Source: Planctomycetota bacterium (GTDB lineage Bacteria; Planctomycetota; PLA2; JAEUHO01). From it: a stretch of 64,000 nucleotides of DNA. Of the stretch, positions 1 through 9,266 are shown one piece after another (position 1 is the stretch's first letter; every line of letters starts with the position of its first letter). The stretch lies in the NCBI GenBank assembly GCA_965222115.1, contig CBDCTJ010000007.1, forward strand, positions 2,208,001 to 2,272,000, given 5' to 3'. The notes under the pieces were generated by a model, which was not told where the DNA came from, ran no database searches, and was given only the letters and a program-made list of their open reading frames with translations. The position numbers and the translations under genes are program-made.

Positions 1-546
1 GGCTACTTCGGCGGCAAGGTCGATGAAGTCATGATGCGTATCGTCGATTTCTTGTATGGCATTCCCTACATGTTTCTTGTCATCCTCATCATGCTTATGT
101 TTGGCAAAGAGAGCCGAGGCGAGGCGCTCCCCATATTCGTCGGGCTCGGACTCGTCCAGTGGCTGACGATGGCGCGCATCGTTCGAGGCCAGGTATTGAC
201 GCTCCGCAATCAAGACTTCATCGAGGCTGCCAAGGCCATCGGTGTGAGTGACGCCCGTATTCTACGAAAGCACATTATTCCAAATCTATTGGGCGTCGTG
301 ATCGTGTTCGCAACGCTTACCGTCCCCGCAGTCATTATCTTGGAGTCGTTTCTGTCTTACTTGGGGCTGGGTGTTGAACTTTCGTGGGGCAAGCTCGTCT
401 CCGAGGCTGTGAAAGTCGTCAATCCCATCAACTCCTATTGGTGGCTGCTCTTCTTCCCCAGCCTCTTCCTGGGCCTCACGCTCTTCTGCCTCAATTTCTT
501 CGGTGATGGCCTCAGCTTCGCCCTCGACCCCAAGTCCAAGCGCTAG
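1..546 (+). CDS. ABC transporter permease, oligopeptide/dipeptide OppC/DppC family (5' truncated by window)
   Basis: Frame 1 is open from base 1 (GYFGGKVDEVMMRIVD...). EAA motif 'DFIEAAKAIGVSDARILRKHIIPN' and the C-terminal 'LNFFGDGLSFALDPK' are typical of OppC. Confidence 0.92.
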   Translation, partial: GYFGGKVDEVMMRIVDFLYGIPYMFLVILIMLMFGKESRGEALPIFVGLGLVQWLTMARIVRGQVLTLRNQDFIEAAKAIGVSDARILRKHIIPNLLGVVIVFATLTVPAVIILESFLSYLGLGVELSWGKLVSEAVKVVNPINSYWWLLFFPSLFLGLTLFCLNFFGDGLSFALDPKSKR

Positions 547-664
547 TGCGCCACAAAAGCCTGGATTTTGTGGCGCATCGGCCAACCTCGTGCGCCAAGA
601 AAACCAGGTATATTTGGCGCACAGAACTCGCGACGCGCCACAGAAACCAGGTATTTCTGGCGCA
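547..664. repeat. Three related REP-like palindromes (TGCGCCA...CCWGG...TGGCGCA)
   Basis: 547-577 has a perfect 12-bp stem tgcgccacaaaa/ttttgtggcgca; 590-622 has the stem gtgcgccaa/ttggcgcac; 635-664 reads gcgccacagaaa-ccaggta-tttctggcgc. Confidence 0.75.
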
Positions 665-676
665 TGAGGAGGATCG

Positions 677-1078
677 ATGAGTCAGGTGGAGCGTGAGATT
701 GTGGCGACGGAGAAGGCGCCGGCGGCGATTGGTCCCTATTCGCAGGCTACGGCATGGGGTGAGCTGGTGTTTGCCGCAGGGCAGATCGCGCTCGATCCTT
801 CATCGGGTGAGCTTGTGGGCGACGGGGACGTGGCGCGAGAGACCGAGCAAGCGCTTCGCAACCTTCGGGCGGTGCTTGAAGCGGCGGGATCGTCGATTGG
901 GGATGTGCTTCGCTGCGATGTGTATCTGGCAGACATGAACGACTTTGCTGCCATGAATGCCGTGTACGAACGCCACTTCGACGCCCATCCGCCAGCGCGC
1001 GTGACTGTAGAGGCGGCCGCGCTTCCTCGCGGCGTGCGTGTCGAGATTGCTGCAATTGCTGCGCGGCGCGCACCCTAG
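677..1078 (+). CDS. ridA: RidA/YjgF/YER057c/UK114 family reactive intermediate deaminase
   Basis: Motifs 'APAAIGPYSQA', 'DMNDFAAMNAVY', 'PPARVTVEAAALPRGVRVEI'; RBS GAGGAGG upstream. Confidence 0.95.
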   Translation: MSQVEREIVATEKAPAAIGPYSQATAWGELVFAAGQIALDPSSGELVGDGDVARETEQALRNLRAVLEAAGSSIGDVLRCDVYLADMNDFAAMNAVYERHFDAHPPARVTVEAAALPRGVRVEIAAIAARRAP

Positions 1079-1261
1079 CGAACAGACGTCTGTCGCCAAC
1101 CTTGGTCCTGCTCGCTGCCGTGCCGACACACGTCAACTGCATTGAACCGTGATGGGCCGGGGACACGAATGCGGGGCGTTGTCCATTCGGGCGGGATACG
1201 GGAACGTGTAGGACCGACGTTCAATCGTGAAGGTGCGGCCGAGGAACGGTAGGATGCCAGC

Positions 1262-1999
1262 GTGAGCCAAGCAACCACCCAGTTGGATCTCGTGTTCTTT
1301 GACTTGGACGACACGCTCTACAGCACCACGGAGTTCTCGCGTCGCGCCCGCATTAACGCCGTGCAGAAGATGATCGATCACGGTCTCCAGATTTCACTCG
1401 ATGAAGGCGTTGCGGAACTCAGCGAAGTAGTCGCCGAGTTTTCAAGCAACTATCCCGAGCACTTTGCGCGGCTCCTGGATCGACTGGGTCCCGAGATGTA
1501 CAAAGGTCACAATCCCGCGGTAGTGATCGCCGCAGGCGTGGTTGGATACCACACTACCAAAGTGACCGACATGGAGGTGCTTCCCGATGTGCGGCCCTTG
1601 CTTGAGCGCCTGCAGCAGTCGAGCATTCGGTTGGGTGTCATCAGCGCCGGCCTTCAAGTCAAACAAGCCGAGAAGCTCATTCGCCTCGATGTGTTGAAGT
1701 ACTTTTGCCCAACCGCGATCTTCTTTAGCGATCAAGTGGGGGTGAGCAAACCCAACCCCAAGATCTTCTCCAAAGCGTGCGAAGCCGTGGGTGTAGAACC
1801 GACCCGCGCCATGTACGTGGGGGATCGACCGGGGCACGACGTGGCGCCCGCCAGTACGATTGGAATGAAGACCGTGCACTACACCGGCGCACGCGGAAAA
1901 TACCATCGCCATCCAGCACCGGTGCAAGCCGATCATCAGTTGTCAGATATGCGCGATCTTGCGCCCATTCTCAAAGAGCGTTACCACCTACCGGTTTAG
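1262..1999 (+). CDS. HAD-superfamily hydrolase (subfamily IA, TIGR02253-like)
   Basis: Motif I 'FFDLDDTLY', motif III 'SKPNPKIF', motif IV 'YVGDRPGHDV'. Confidence 0.9.
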   Translation: MSQATTQLDLVFFDLDDTLYSTTEFSRRARINAVQKMIDHGLQISLDEGVAELSEVVAEFSSNYPEHFARLLDRLGPEMYKGHNPAVVIAAGVVGYHTTKVTDMEVLPDVRPLLERLQQSSIRLGVISAGLQVKQAEKLIRLDVLKYFCPTAIFFSDQVGVSKPNPKIFSKACEAVGVEPTRAMYVGDRPGHDVAPASTIGMKTVHYTGARGKYHRHPAPVQADHQLSDMRDLAPILKERYHLPV

Positions 2000-2118
2000 G
2001 CATCGTGCTCAAGCTCCCCGTGTACAAGACCCCGATCGCATTCTGCCGCGCTGCGCACTGATGGATCGATGCAGATGTTGAATGCGAACCGCTTGTCGAT
2101 CGCGCCCCATGACGTTCC

Positions 2119-2160
2119 AAAAATGAACATGGCCCCGAGCCGCAAACTGCTCGGGGCCAT
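2119..2160 (-). terminator. Intrinsic terminator downstream of secretin 1
   Basis: Perfect 12-bp stem atggccccgagc (2129-2140)/gctcggggccat (2149-2160), followed on the minus strand by gttcattttt. Confidence 0.7.
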
Positions 2161-2204
2161 CTTCGCTTGACGACGCGCAAAGGCGCATCGTGCGCTCAAT
2201 GCGC

Positions 2205-5045
2205 TTAGCGCATGAACTTCTCTTCCTGCTCGGTGAGATCGGTGATCTCGGCGCGCACGATGATCATCAGGTGGCTGACTTCATCGCTGCGGCCCTTACG
2301 GCTGAAAAGGAAGCTAAGCAACGGGATCTTGCCAAGGAAGGGGATCTCGCTCTGGCGGTCTACCGTGCGAATGTCCTTCAACCCGCCGATCACGATTGTG
2401 CCTTGGTCGGGCACGCGCACCGTGGTGCGAACCTGCTGGAGGCGCAGCTCGGGCAACTGAATGATGACCGGGGCGAACGATGAGGCGAGCGACGTTGCGA
2501 ACTCTTGGATGGGACGACGAAGGCGTGCCACCGTGGGCTGCAACTCAAGCGTGATGTAGCGACGGTCGTTGGAGACCGTGGGGCGTACGTCGAGCGTGAG
2601 GCCGTCCTGAATGATGCCCACAATCGGGTCAGCGATGAAGGAGGTCTGTGCGACCTCTACGTCGAAGTCCTGAATGTAGGAGATCTGATTCACCATCGTC
2701 AGGTTGGCGCGCTGCGTGTTGTAGACCGTTACGATAGGTGCGGTCAACGTGCGAGCGCTCAAAGACTTCTCCGTGGCTCGAACAATCATCGAGACCTCGG
2801 TGTCGTCGATGATGCTCATAGAGAGCGTGGCGCCACCGACGCTTGAGAGCACTTCGCCAAGCGGATTGTCGAAAATGTTCTCGGTACGTCCGCGGAAGTC
2901 GCCGTCCTGACCATCGTTGAAGTAGGCACCGGCGGAGGGCGGCAGTGCCGCACCCGTAGCCAGACCCGCGCCACCGTTGTCAAAACCTGCTGACGCCGCG
3001 TCTTCCAGACCGTTCGTGACGTCATCGAGGTTGACGAGCGTGCCGGGATTGGCACCCGCAACACCGTTGTTACCACCGAGGCCGCGGAAATCGACACCCA
3101 CGTCCTTCAGGAAGTTTTCGCTGACTTCAAGGAACCGGCTCTCGACCGTGACGACGATGCCAGCAAAGCCCCGCAAGTCGTCGAGGAAGTTGGCCACGCG
3201 CTGCTGAATGTCGGCGTTGGCCGTAACCACAAGATTTTGCTGACCTTGCGGAGCGATCTCGGCGCCTTCGGTCTCTTCCCAATACTTGGGCGATACCGCG
3301 CCCTTGATGAGCTCAATCAACTCGTCGGCCTGGCCGTAGGGGAAGATGGGCTCTTCAGACTCGGTTCCGAATAGCGGCGTTTCTTCATTGGCAAGATCAT
3401 CGGGACCCACCAAACGAATGGTGGGGGGAATGAAATCGGTCAAGCCCGACGTGAGGTCGGCGACCGGGTGGATTTCCACCTGGAACTTCTTGTCCTGATA
3501 CTCCTTGGAAGTGAAGACGATGATGTTGCCCTTGGGCGTCCAAATCACGTTTTCATCGCCCGAGTGCGAGCGCAACATTTCGAGCACCTGCTTGAGCGGT
3601 GCGTCTTGCACAACCAAGTTGGCAACCTTGGACTCATTTACGGACGAAGCGATTCGCGCGTCGACCATGATGTTGATACCGGTCTGAACACGAAGCGTGC
3701 TGATGACTTCACCAAACGCGCGGTCGTTGACGTCGAGGTTGACCATCGTGTTGCCGACGCGTGCCATGAGCTCGGCGGCTTCGGGATCGTCGTCTTGTTC
3801 GTTGAACGTGGGGCGTGAGGACTTGCGCAGATCCGTGATCTTGTCCCAGAACTTGCGGCTGGGCCACACAAGGATCTTGTCTTGCGGAATGCGCGTGGCC
3901 TGAATGTCGTCCATCCACTCGCGGAAGGCCTGCTTTTCTCGCTTGAGGTAGTCTACTTCCAACTGGTTGTGGCGAGCGCGCTCAGCGGCTTCACGAAGGT
4001 CTTGCGCCTTGGTGTTGTCGGGCTGCTCTTCCAGGATCTTTTCAGCGTACGCGATCGCGCTCACATAGTCGTCGCGATCGAATGCCTTGACCGCCGCACC
4101 CATCCACTGTTCAAGACGCTCAAGCTCAGCCAGGAGTTGCTGCTCTTCTTCCTTCGCCATTTCGGCAAGGGCGTCTTCGATGGCGCTTTGGCGTGCTTCC
4201 TTTTCGGCGGCTTCCTTCTGCGCCTTTGCTTGGCGGAGGCCGTTTTGTGCGTCGGACTCGATGGAACCCCACTCAACCTGGAAGGGCGATGTGTTGATGA
4301 TGAACAACGAGTCTTGGAACGCCTCAATCGCGTCGTCGTAGCGCTCATTGGTGAGGTGCATACGACCTACGTTGTTGAGCTTGCCCGCTTTGGTGCGTTG
4401 CTCTTCAATGCGCACCTTGGCGTTGAGCGCACGGCTCTTGGCGTAGTCGTCGGCGGCGTTGGCGCGGCTGCCAAGCATGGACATAACTTCGCGCATCATG
4501 AACTTGGCTTCGGCGTTGTCGGGAGAGATCTCCATCGCCTCACGCAAACGATCGCGCGCGTCGAGGTATTCGCCATTACGCATGTGGACGCGTGCGGCAT
4601 TGACCTTGCTCTGTGCCAAGAACCGTTCGCGGTCGGCTGTGGCCGCCGCGGGATCTACTGCCGGGGGGCCTTCCATGGGCGGGCCGCCATAAACAGGCAT
4701 CTCGTCGGTGAGCACCTTCTTGACGTCATCGGACGCGTCGCTATCGGATCCAAACACGCCTTTGGCCGGCGCGTCAGAATCGATTGCAACTGATCCCTTG
4801 GTTTCCGATTTCTTCGTATCCGCCTTATTCGAATCAGCGAGTCCGGTGGCTTTGGGACTGCTGCTCTTGTCAGCGAGCGTGCGCGTGGAATCGCCGCTTG
4901 CATCAAGCACGTCATTCAAGGAACGAGAGCGACATGAAGAAAGTCCAACCGTAAGCAAGACTGCAAATGCAACGACGCCAAGCGTGTGTGCGATTGCAGT
5001 GGTTGAACGGACTCGCCGCGAGAAAGTCATGGCAGTGCGCGTCAT
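2205..5045 (-). CDS. Secretin (GspD/PilQ superfamily) 1, lipoprotein with N-terminal TPR region
   Basis: ATG at 5045 with GGAG upstream; lipobox 'LLTVGLSSC'; TPR-like 'EYLDARDRLREAMEISPDNAEA'; N3-like 'QQNLVVTANADIQQRVANFLDDLR'; secretin signature 'TTVRVPDQGTIVIGGL...IPFLGKIPLLSFLF...LMIIVRAEI'. Confidence 0.9.
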   Translation of the reverse strand: MTRTAMTFSRRVRSTTAIAHTLGVVAFAVLLTVGLSSCRSRSLNDVLDASGDSTRTLADKSSSPKATGLADSNKADTKKSETKGSVAIDSDAPAKGVFGSDSDASDDVKKVLTDEMPVYGGPPMEGPPAVDPAAATADRERFLAQSKVNAARVHMRNGEYLDARDRLREAMEISPDNAEAKFMMREVMSMLGSRANAADDYAKSRALNAKVRIEEQRTKAGKLNNVGRMHLTNERYDDAIEAFQDSLFIINTSPFQVEWGSIESDAQNGLRQAKAQKEAAEKEARQSAIEDALAEMAKEEEQQLLAELERLEQWMGAAVKAFDRDDYVSAIAYAEKILEEQPDNTKAQDLREAAERARHNQLEVDYLKREKQAFREWMDDIQATRIPQDKILVWPSRKFWDKITDLRKSSRPTFNEQDDDPEAAELMARVGNTMVNLDVNDRAFGEVISTLRVQTGINIMVDARIASSVNESKVANLVVQDAPLKQVLEMLRSHSGDENVIWTPKGNIIVFTSKEYQDKKFQVEIHPVADLTSGLTDFIPPTIRLVGPDDLANEETPLFGTESEEPIFPYGQADELIELIKGAVSPKYWEETEGAEIAPQGQQNLVVTANADIQQRVANFLDDLRGFAGIVVTVESRFLEVSENFLKDVGVDFRGLGGNNGVAGANPGTLVNLDDVTNGLEDAASAGFDNGGAGLATGAALPPSAGAYFNDGQDGDFRGRTENIFDNPLGEVLSSVGGATLSMSIIDDTEVSMIVRATEKSLSARTLTAPIVTVYNTQRANLTMVNQISYIQDFDVEVAQTSFIADPIVGIIQDGLTLDVRPTVSNDRRYITLELQPTVARLRRPIQEFATSLASSFAPVIIQLPELRLQQVRTTVRVPDQGTIVIGGLKDIRTVDRQSEIPFLGKIPLLSFLFSRKGRSDEVSHLMIIVRAEITDLTEQEEKFMR

Positions 5046-5372
5046 TGAAACGTCCACTCCGAGCGAGGCCACGTGTGGGGGCAAGTCGTCCGGATCGTGC
5101 AACGCGCGGATGCCTCCCTGCACCCGCGAGTCATCCGTTTGGACGGCTCACGCAACCGTTGAGCGGGGGGCCTTCCGCCGCTCAACCTGGGGCCGCGCCC
5201 TCCTTCGACGCGACCTCCTCCCTGTGCGTCATAGGACACTGGAACGTGGTCATGTCTTTGTCATAAGCACCCGGCATAAACCGATTTCTGGCGCTTTGCC
5301 GCGAATCCGTTCGTCACGCGCCTGTGTCGGTGGTCGCGTGGCAAACAGGCGCCTACGAACTCGGGCTATCCG

Positions 5373-7166
5373 TCAGCGACACGTTCTTGCGTGTTGTGCT
5401 TTTTGTCGGTTGGTGGTGCACAGTCGCTCTGCGCGATTGCATGCCGCACGTGCCTCTTTGTCCCGCCCGAGCTCCTTCAAGAATCTCGCTCGGAGCAGCT
5501 CGACTTGGCAGTCGGGCGCAGGCAGCTCACCTGCCAAATGCTCCAATCGATCGAGCATCTCATCTTCCCTACCCACACCATTGACCATGCACGCCATGAG
5601 CAATGTTGCGGGAGCCCGACGTCCCAGCGCCCATGAGCGAAGGTAGGCCGCCTCCGCGTGCGCGCTTGCTCGCGCATCACTCGCCGAGATGGCGTGTCGC
5701 CGAAGGGCTTCGGCTCGCCAGAAGTGTGCTTCGGCATTGTTCGTGTCTCGTTCGCATAATTGATCGAGTTCGTCCAAAATGCGGCTTGGGACGCCGACCG
5801 AGGGTGGCGTCCCACGAATGGCCGCAGCGATTTCGTCAAGCCGCTTGGCATCTGCCATGTGCTCATGCGGATCGAGCAACGACGCGTTCTTCTCGGGCGA
5901 CAGAAAGGGGGTGACTAGTGCCGCCCCGCCGTAGCCACTGGACGCGGTTGCGTGGGTCGCGCGGTCGCCTCGATCCAATGCGCGATAGGCGCCGAGCATG
6001 TGCCTGAACAATTCGAGTCCTTCGACGGTCGGATCCTCGGTTGTACTCGTCGAGGGTGTGTTGGGTAGCGACTCGATCCACCGTTGGCGACCGAGGCCGC
6101 TATCCACCAGTAGGCCACGTGTGGTTGCTACGCCCGAAAGTTGTGCCCAGCGATAGCGACTGTGAGCAAAGAGCGATTCCACGGGTAGCGCGGCATCGTT
6201 CGCGCGCGACGTCGCGAGCAGGTCAATCCCTGAGCCCGGCACAACGGAAGCGTCCCATGCGATCCCCGCGAGTCCGGCAATCGTGGGTGCAATGTCCTGC
6301 AAGCATGCGATGTCATTTCGATCGTGATCTCGTTGTTCTGCACCCGTAATAAACATGGGCACCCGGAGCACTTCACCGCTCAACAACATGCCGTGACTCT
6401 CTTCGCCAAGGGCACCCAACGCCTCACCGTGGTCCGCGGCAACAATAACCGTGACGTTTCCTCGACCCCGTTCCGCCAAGCCTGTCATCAAGTGGCCAAT
6501 GGCATGATCCATGGCGGCGATATCGCCCACGTAGCCACGCGGCGTGCGATACGGGCGATGGGGGTCAAAGAGATGAACCCACAAGAAAACGTTGCTGTTG
6601 GCTTGCACACCATCCAAGTGTGCCAATGTGGTTGCGACGGTGTCTTTTGCGGCGCGTTCCGGTACGTTCAACGACGTGAGATCGTCGAGGTTCCCGTCGT
6701 CATAGTGCGTAAAACCCTGTTGCAGGCCATAGCGCTTGGACAATACACCTGCCGAAACAAACGCAGCCGTGTGCCAACCCGCGCGACGAAGGCGTTCTTG
6801 GATCAGGGGATATCCCCGTGTCGTAGAACGGGGCAGCGGCGGGCTGGCATTGACGCGCACACCCGTTGCGGCGGGGGGCAGCGCACTGAGCATCGACAGG
6901 TGCGCTGGCAACGTTAGAGGCACAGGACTAAACGCGTGGCGAAATCGAACGGCGTCCTTCGCCAATTGATCCAAATTCGGAGTATCTAGCCCTTGAGGTG
7001 CCTTGTCACCCGCCAGGGCACGAATGTAGTCGTGTCGCAACGTATCCGGCGTGAGCAGGAGAATCGTCTTGCCGGACCCGACGGGCGCTTCGCCGACATC
7101 GCGATTCAACAACCAAAGTGCCGCCGCAATCCCAAGCGCTGCAAGTAGCAAGAAGACCCTACGCAT
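5373..7166 (-). CDS. Sulfatase-like (alkaline phosphatase superfamily) protein with N-terminal membrane anchor and C-terminal TPR-like helices
   Basis: 'TILLLTPDTLRHD', 'SPVPLTLPAHLSM', 'FLWVHLFDPHRPY', 'AADHGEALG', 'VLRVPM'. The start at MRRVFLLL (7166) is inferred. Confidence 0.85.
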   Translation of the reverse strand: MRRVFLLLAALGIAAALWLLNRDVGEAPVGSGKTILLLTPDTLRHDYIRALAGDKAPQGLDTPNLDQLAKDAVRFRHAFSPVPLTLPAHLSMLSALPPAATGVRVNASPPLPRSTTRGYPLIQERLRRAGWHTAAFVSAGVLSKRYGLQQGFTHYDDGNLDDLTSLNVPERAAKDTVATTLAHLDGVQANSNVFLWVHLFDPHRPYRTPRGYVGDIAAMDHAIGHLMTGLAERGRGNVTVIVAADHGEALGALGEESHGMLLSGEVLRVPMFITGAEQRDHDRNDIACLQDIAPTIAGLAGIAWDASVVPGSGIDLLATSRANDAALPVESLFAHSRYRWAQLSGVATTRGLLVDSGLGRQRWIESLPNTPSTSTTEDPTVEGLELFRHMLGAYRALDRGDRATHATASSGYGGAALVTPFLSPEKNASLLDPHEHMADAKRLDEIAAAIRGTPPSVGVPSRILDELDQLCERDTNNAEAHFWRAEALRRHAISASDARASAHAEAAYLRSWALGRRAPATLLMACMVNGVGREDEMLDRLEHLAGELPAPDCQVELLRARFLKELGRDKEARAACNRAERLCTTNRQKAQHARTCR

Positions 7167-7276
7167 GACGACGAAGGTAGGTCCCGCATCTTTGCGTATC
7201 AAGTCTCGATGTTACTCACCACGCGTTCCGACTCGGCATTGGGCTTGTTCACCGAAACCCTCCTCCGACCGGCATC

Positions 7277-7852
7277 TCACTGAGGCTTGCGCGTGCCCTC
7301 AAACACGACGTCTGTCACGCCCAGTCGCAAAAACTCGTTGATGATGGCCATAACATCGCCGTGTGGCACCGAGCCGCCGCGTGGTTCGGGTGCGACAATC
7401 TCGCCCTTTCGCTTGCCAGGCTCAACACCTTGAACTTGACGTTGCATCGAGTTGCGAAGCGCGGCCATGACCGCTTGGTAATCGCGCACGCGCACCGGTG
7501 ATTCATGTAGATGGCCGCGCCACTTCGTAGGTAACGCATACGTTCTTGGCAAGTGTCCCACGCGCATCACTGTGCGTTGCTGTTCAGTGCCTAGGTTGCG
7601 TACGAACACCTTGACCTTGCATGCGTCCAAGTCCTCGGCCGGTGTTGGTATCGACGCCATGCCGCGATCATGTGGCAATGCTGCATCGATGCGCGAATCG
7701 ATGTCCTTGAACTTGAGACTCAGTAGAAAGAAGATGATCAACTGAAACACGATGTCGATCATCGGCGTCATGTTGAGTTCACTGTCTTCGCCGGCCGCGG
7801 CACGTTTCCACGCGCCGACTGTTCCGGATCCCTGACCAATCGGTAGAGCCAT
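7277..7852 (-). CDS. exbD: ExbD/TolR family biopolymer transport protein (copy 3)
   Basis: 'ELNMTPMIDIVFQLIIFFLL' TM segment with the conserved Asp; RBS AAGGAG before ATG 7852. The ORF-track start at 8059 overlaps the previous gene. Confidence 0.85.
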   Translation of the reverse strand: MALPIGQGSGTVGAWKRAAAGEDSELNMTPMIDIVFQLIIFFLLSLKFKDIDSRIDAALPHDRGMASIPTPAEDLDACKVKVFVRNLGTEQQRTVMRVGHLPRTYALPTKWRGHLHESPVRVRDYQAVMAALRNSMQRQVQGVEPGKRKGEIVAPEPRGGSVPHGDVMAIINEFLRLGVTDVVFEGTRKPQ

Positions 7853-7890
7853 AGCCCTCTCCTTTGCGACATATGGGTCGGACGCAATGA

Positions 7891-7933
7891 GGGTGGGGGG
7901 CGGGTCAGACGGGGGTGGGGGGCGGGTCAGACG
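7891..7933 (+). repeat. 21-bp G-rich direct repeat x2 (gggtggggggcgggtcagacg)
   Basis: Identical copies at 7891-7911 and 7913-7933, in the gap between two exbD paralogs. Confidence 0.85.
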
Positions 7934-7997
7934 TTGCGAGAAGCCGTCAGCCTGGAATCGACCGACGGCATCGCATGTTTGTGGATGTTCGCGCTGG

Positions 7998-8636
7998 TTA
8001 CTTACCCTGTGCGCGCGCGGCACGTTCGGTGCTTGTGAGCGGCGTTGCTTTGCCCTCAAAGACCACGTCGGTGATGCCCAGCTTTAGATAGACATTGAGC
8101 ACGCCCATGACATCGCCATGGGGCACCGCCCCGCCTTTGGGTGGCGGCGCAACGATTTCGCCTTTGATTTTGGCGTTGTCTACCGTCTTGCCTTGGTCTT
8201 CGGCCGTATACGCGGCTTGAAGAGCGGCCACCACCTCGGGGCCGAGGCGCTTGCGAATGGCTTCGTAGAGCTGATTGAACTTGCTGTCGTACTCTTCAAC
8301 GCGAGCGGTGTTGTTGGCGGCCTCTTCCTTGGAGCGCCCTTTCCACTGCTTCGGCAAGAGAAAGATGTTCTTGCTGTTTTCAATCTTCATCATCGTGTGT
8401 TCGCTGGGCTTACCCAAGTCGCGCCGGAAGACCTTCACTTTGACCGTGTTGAGATCTTCGGGGAAGGTGGGCGTGGCTGCCATGCCACGATCCTTGGGCA
8501 ACATGCTGTCGATGCGACGATCGATGTTCTTGAACTTCAGACTCAGCAAGAAAAAGATGATCAACTGGAACACGATGTCAATCATCGGTGTCATGTTGAG
8601 TTCGGTATCTTCCGGTTCGGGGAGATTCAGTGCCAT
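7998..8636 (-). CDS. exbD: ExbD/TolR family protein (copy 2)
   Basis: 'ELNMTPMIDIVFQLIIFFLLSLKF'; C-terminal 'VPHGDVMGVLNVYLKLGITDVVF'. Confidence 0.88.
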   Translation of the reverse strand: MALNLPEPEDTELNMTPMIDIVFQLIIFFLLSLKFKNIDRRIDSMLPKDRGMAATPTFPEDLNTVKVKVFRRDLGKPSEHTMMKIENSKNIFLLPKQWKGRSKEEAANNTARVEEYDSKFNQLYEAIRKRLGPEVVAALQAAYTAEDQGKTVDNAKIKGEIVAPPPKGGAVPHGDVMGVLNVYLKLGITDVVFEGKATPLTSTERAARAQGK

Positions 8637-8649
8637 CAGAGCCCCCTTT

Positions 8650-9156
8650 CTACTTCTCGTCTTCTTCGGGAAGTTTCTTCACCGAGAATTGTAGCTTGTA
8701 GACCTTGATGTCCTTGTGGGCGCACGCTTGCATCACCCACTGCACGTACTTCCACTTCGCGCCACGGTCGGCGTTGATCATGATCGGCACTTTGCTCGCG
8801 CCGTCTTCTTCACGCAGATCGGGGTCATTGCCAATCAGACCGCGCAGCGCGTCCTGAAGATTTTGAATGGCGTCGTCGGCGTCACCGGGATCTTCCGAGG
8901 AAAGATCAAACTCGCGATCGCGGAAAATGACCTTGCCGTCGCCCGTGAGGTTGACGGTAAAGCGCTTGACCTCGGCTTTGGGGTCTTCCTTGTCCTCATT
9001 GCCCATCGAGGCGATGGGAAGCTCCACCGGGAAGAACTCTTTCTGCGACAAGTCAATGGTGAGCATGAAAAACACGACCAAGAGGAAGGTCATGTCAATC
9101 ATGGGCGTCATGTTCATCTTGGCGTCTTCTGTTTCAATCAGAACAGGTGCTGCCAT
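8650..9156 (-). CDS. exbD: ExbD/TolR family protein (copy 1, canonical length)
   Basis: 'MNMTPMIDMTFLLVVFFML', 'VELPIA', 'IMINADRGAKWKYVQWVMQAC'. Confidence 0.92.
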   Translation of the reverse strand: MAAPVLIETEDAKMNMTPMIDMTFLLVVFFMLTIDLSQKEFFPVELPIASMGNEDKEDPKAEVKRFTVNLTGDGKVIFRDREFDLSSEDPGDADDAIQNLQDALRGLIGNDPDLREEDGASKVPIMINADRGAKWKYVQWVMQACAHKDIKVYKLQFSVKKLPEEDEK

Positions 9157-9266
9157 GCGTGGCTCCTCGATGTCGGGTCGGACGCCTGGAAATGATTCGC
9201 GCTTCTTGGTTTGTGGGTTTGTGCGCGGGGAGCGCGAACCCCCGCAACACTAGCGTATCAGGTCGT

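Noticed and set aside
547-664. Possible mini-CRISPR
   Set aside because: Copies are divergent, one is inverted, and the gaps are only about 12 nt.
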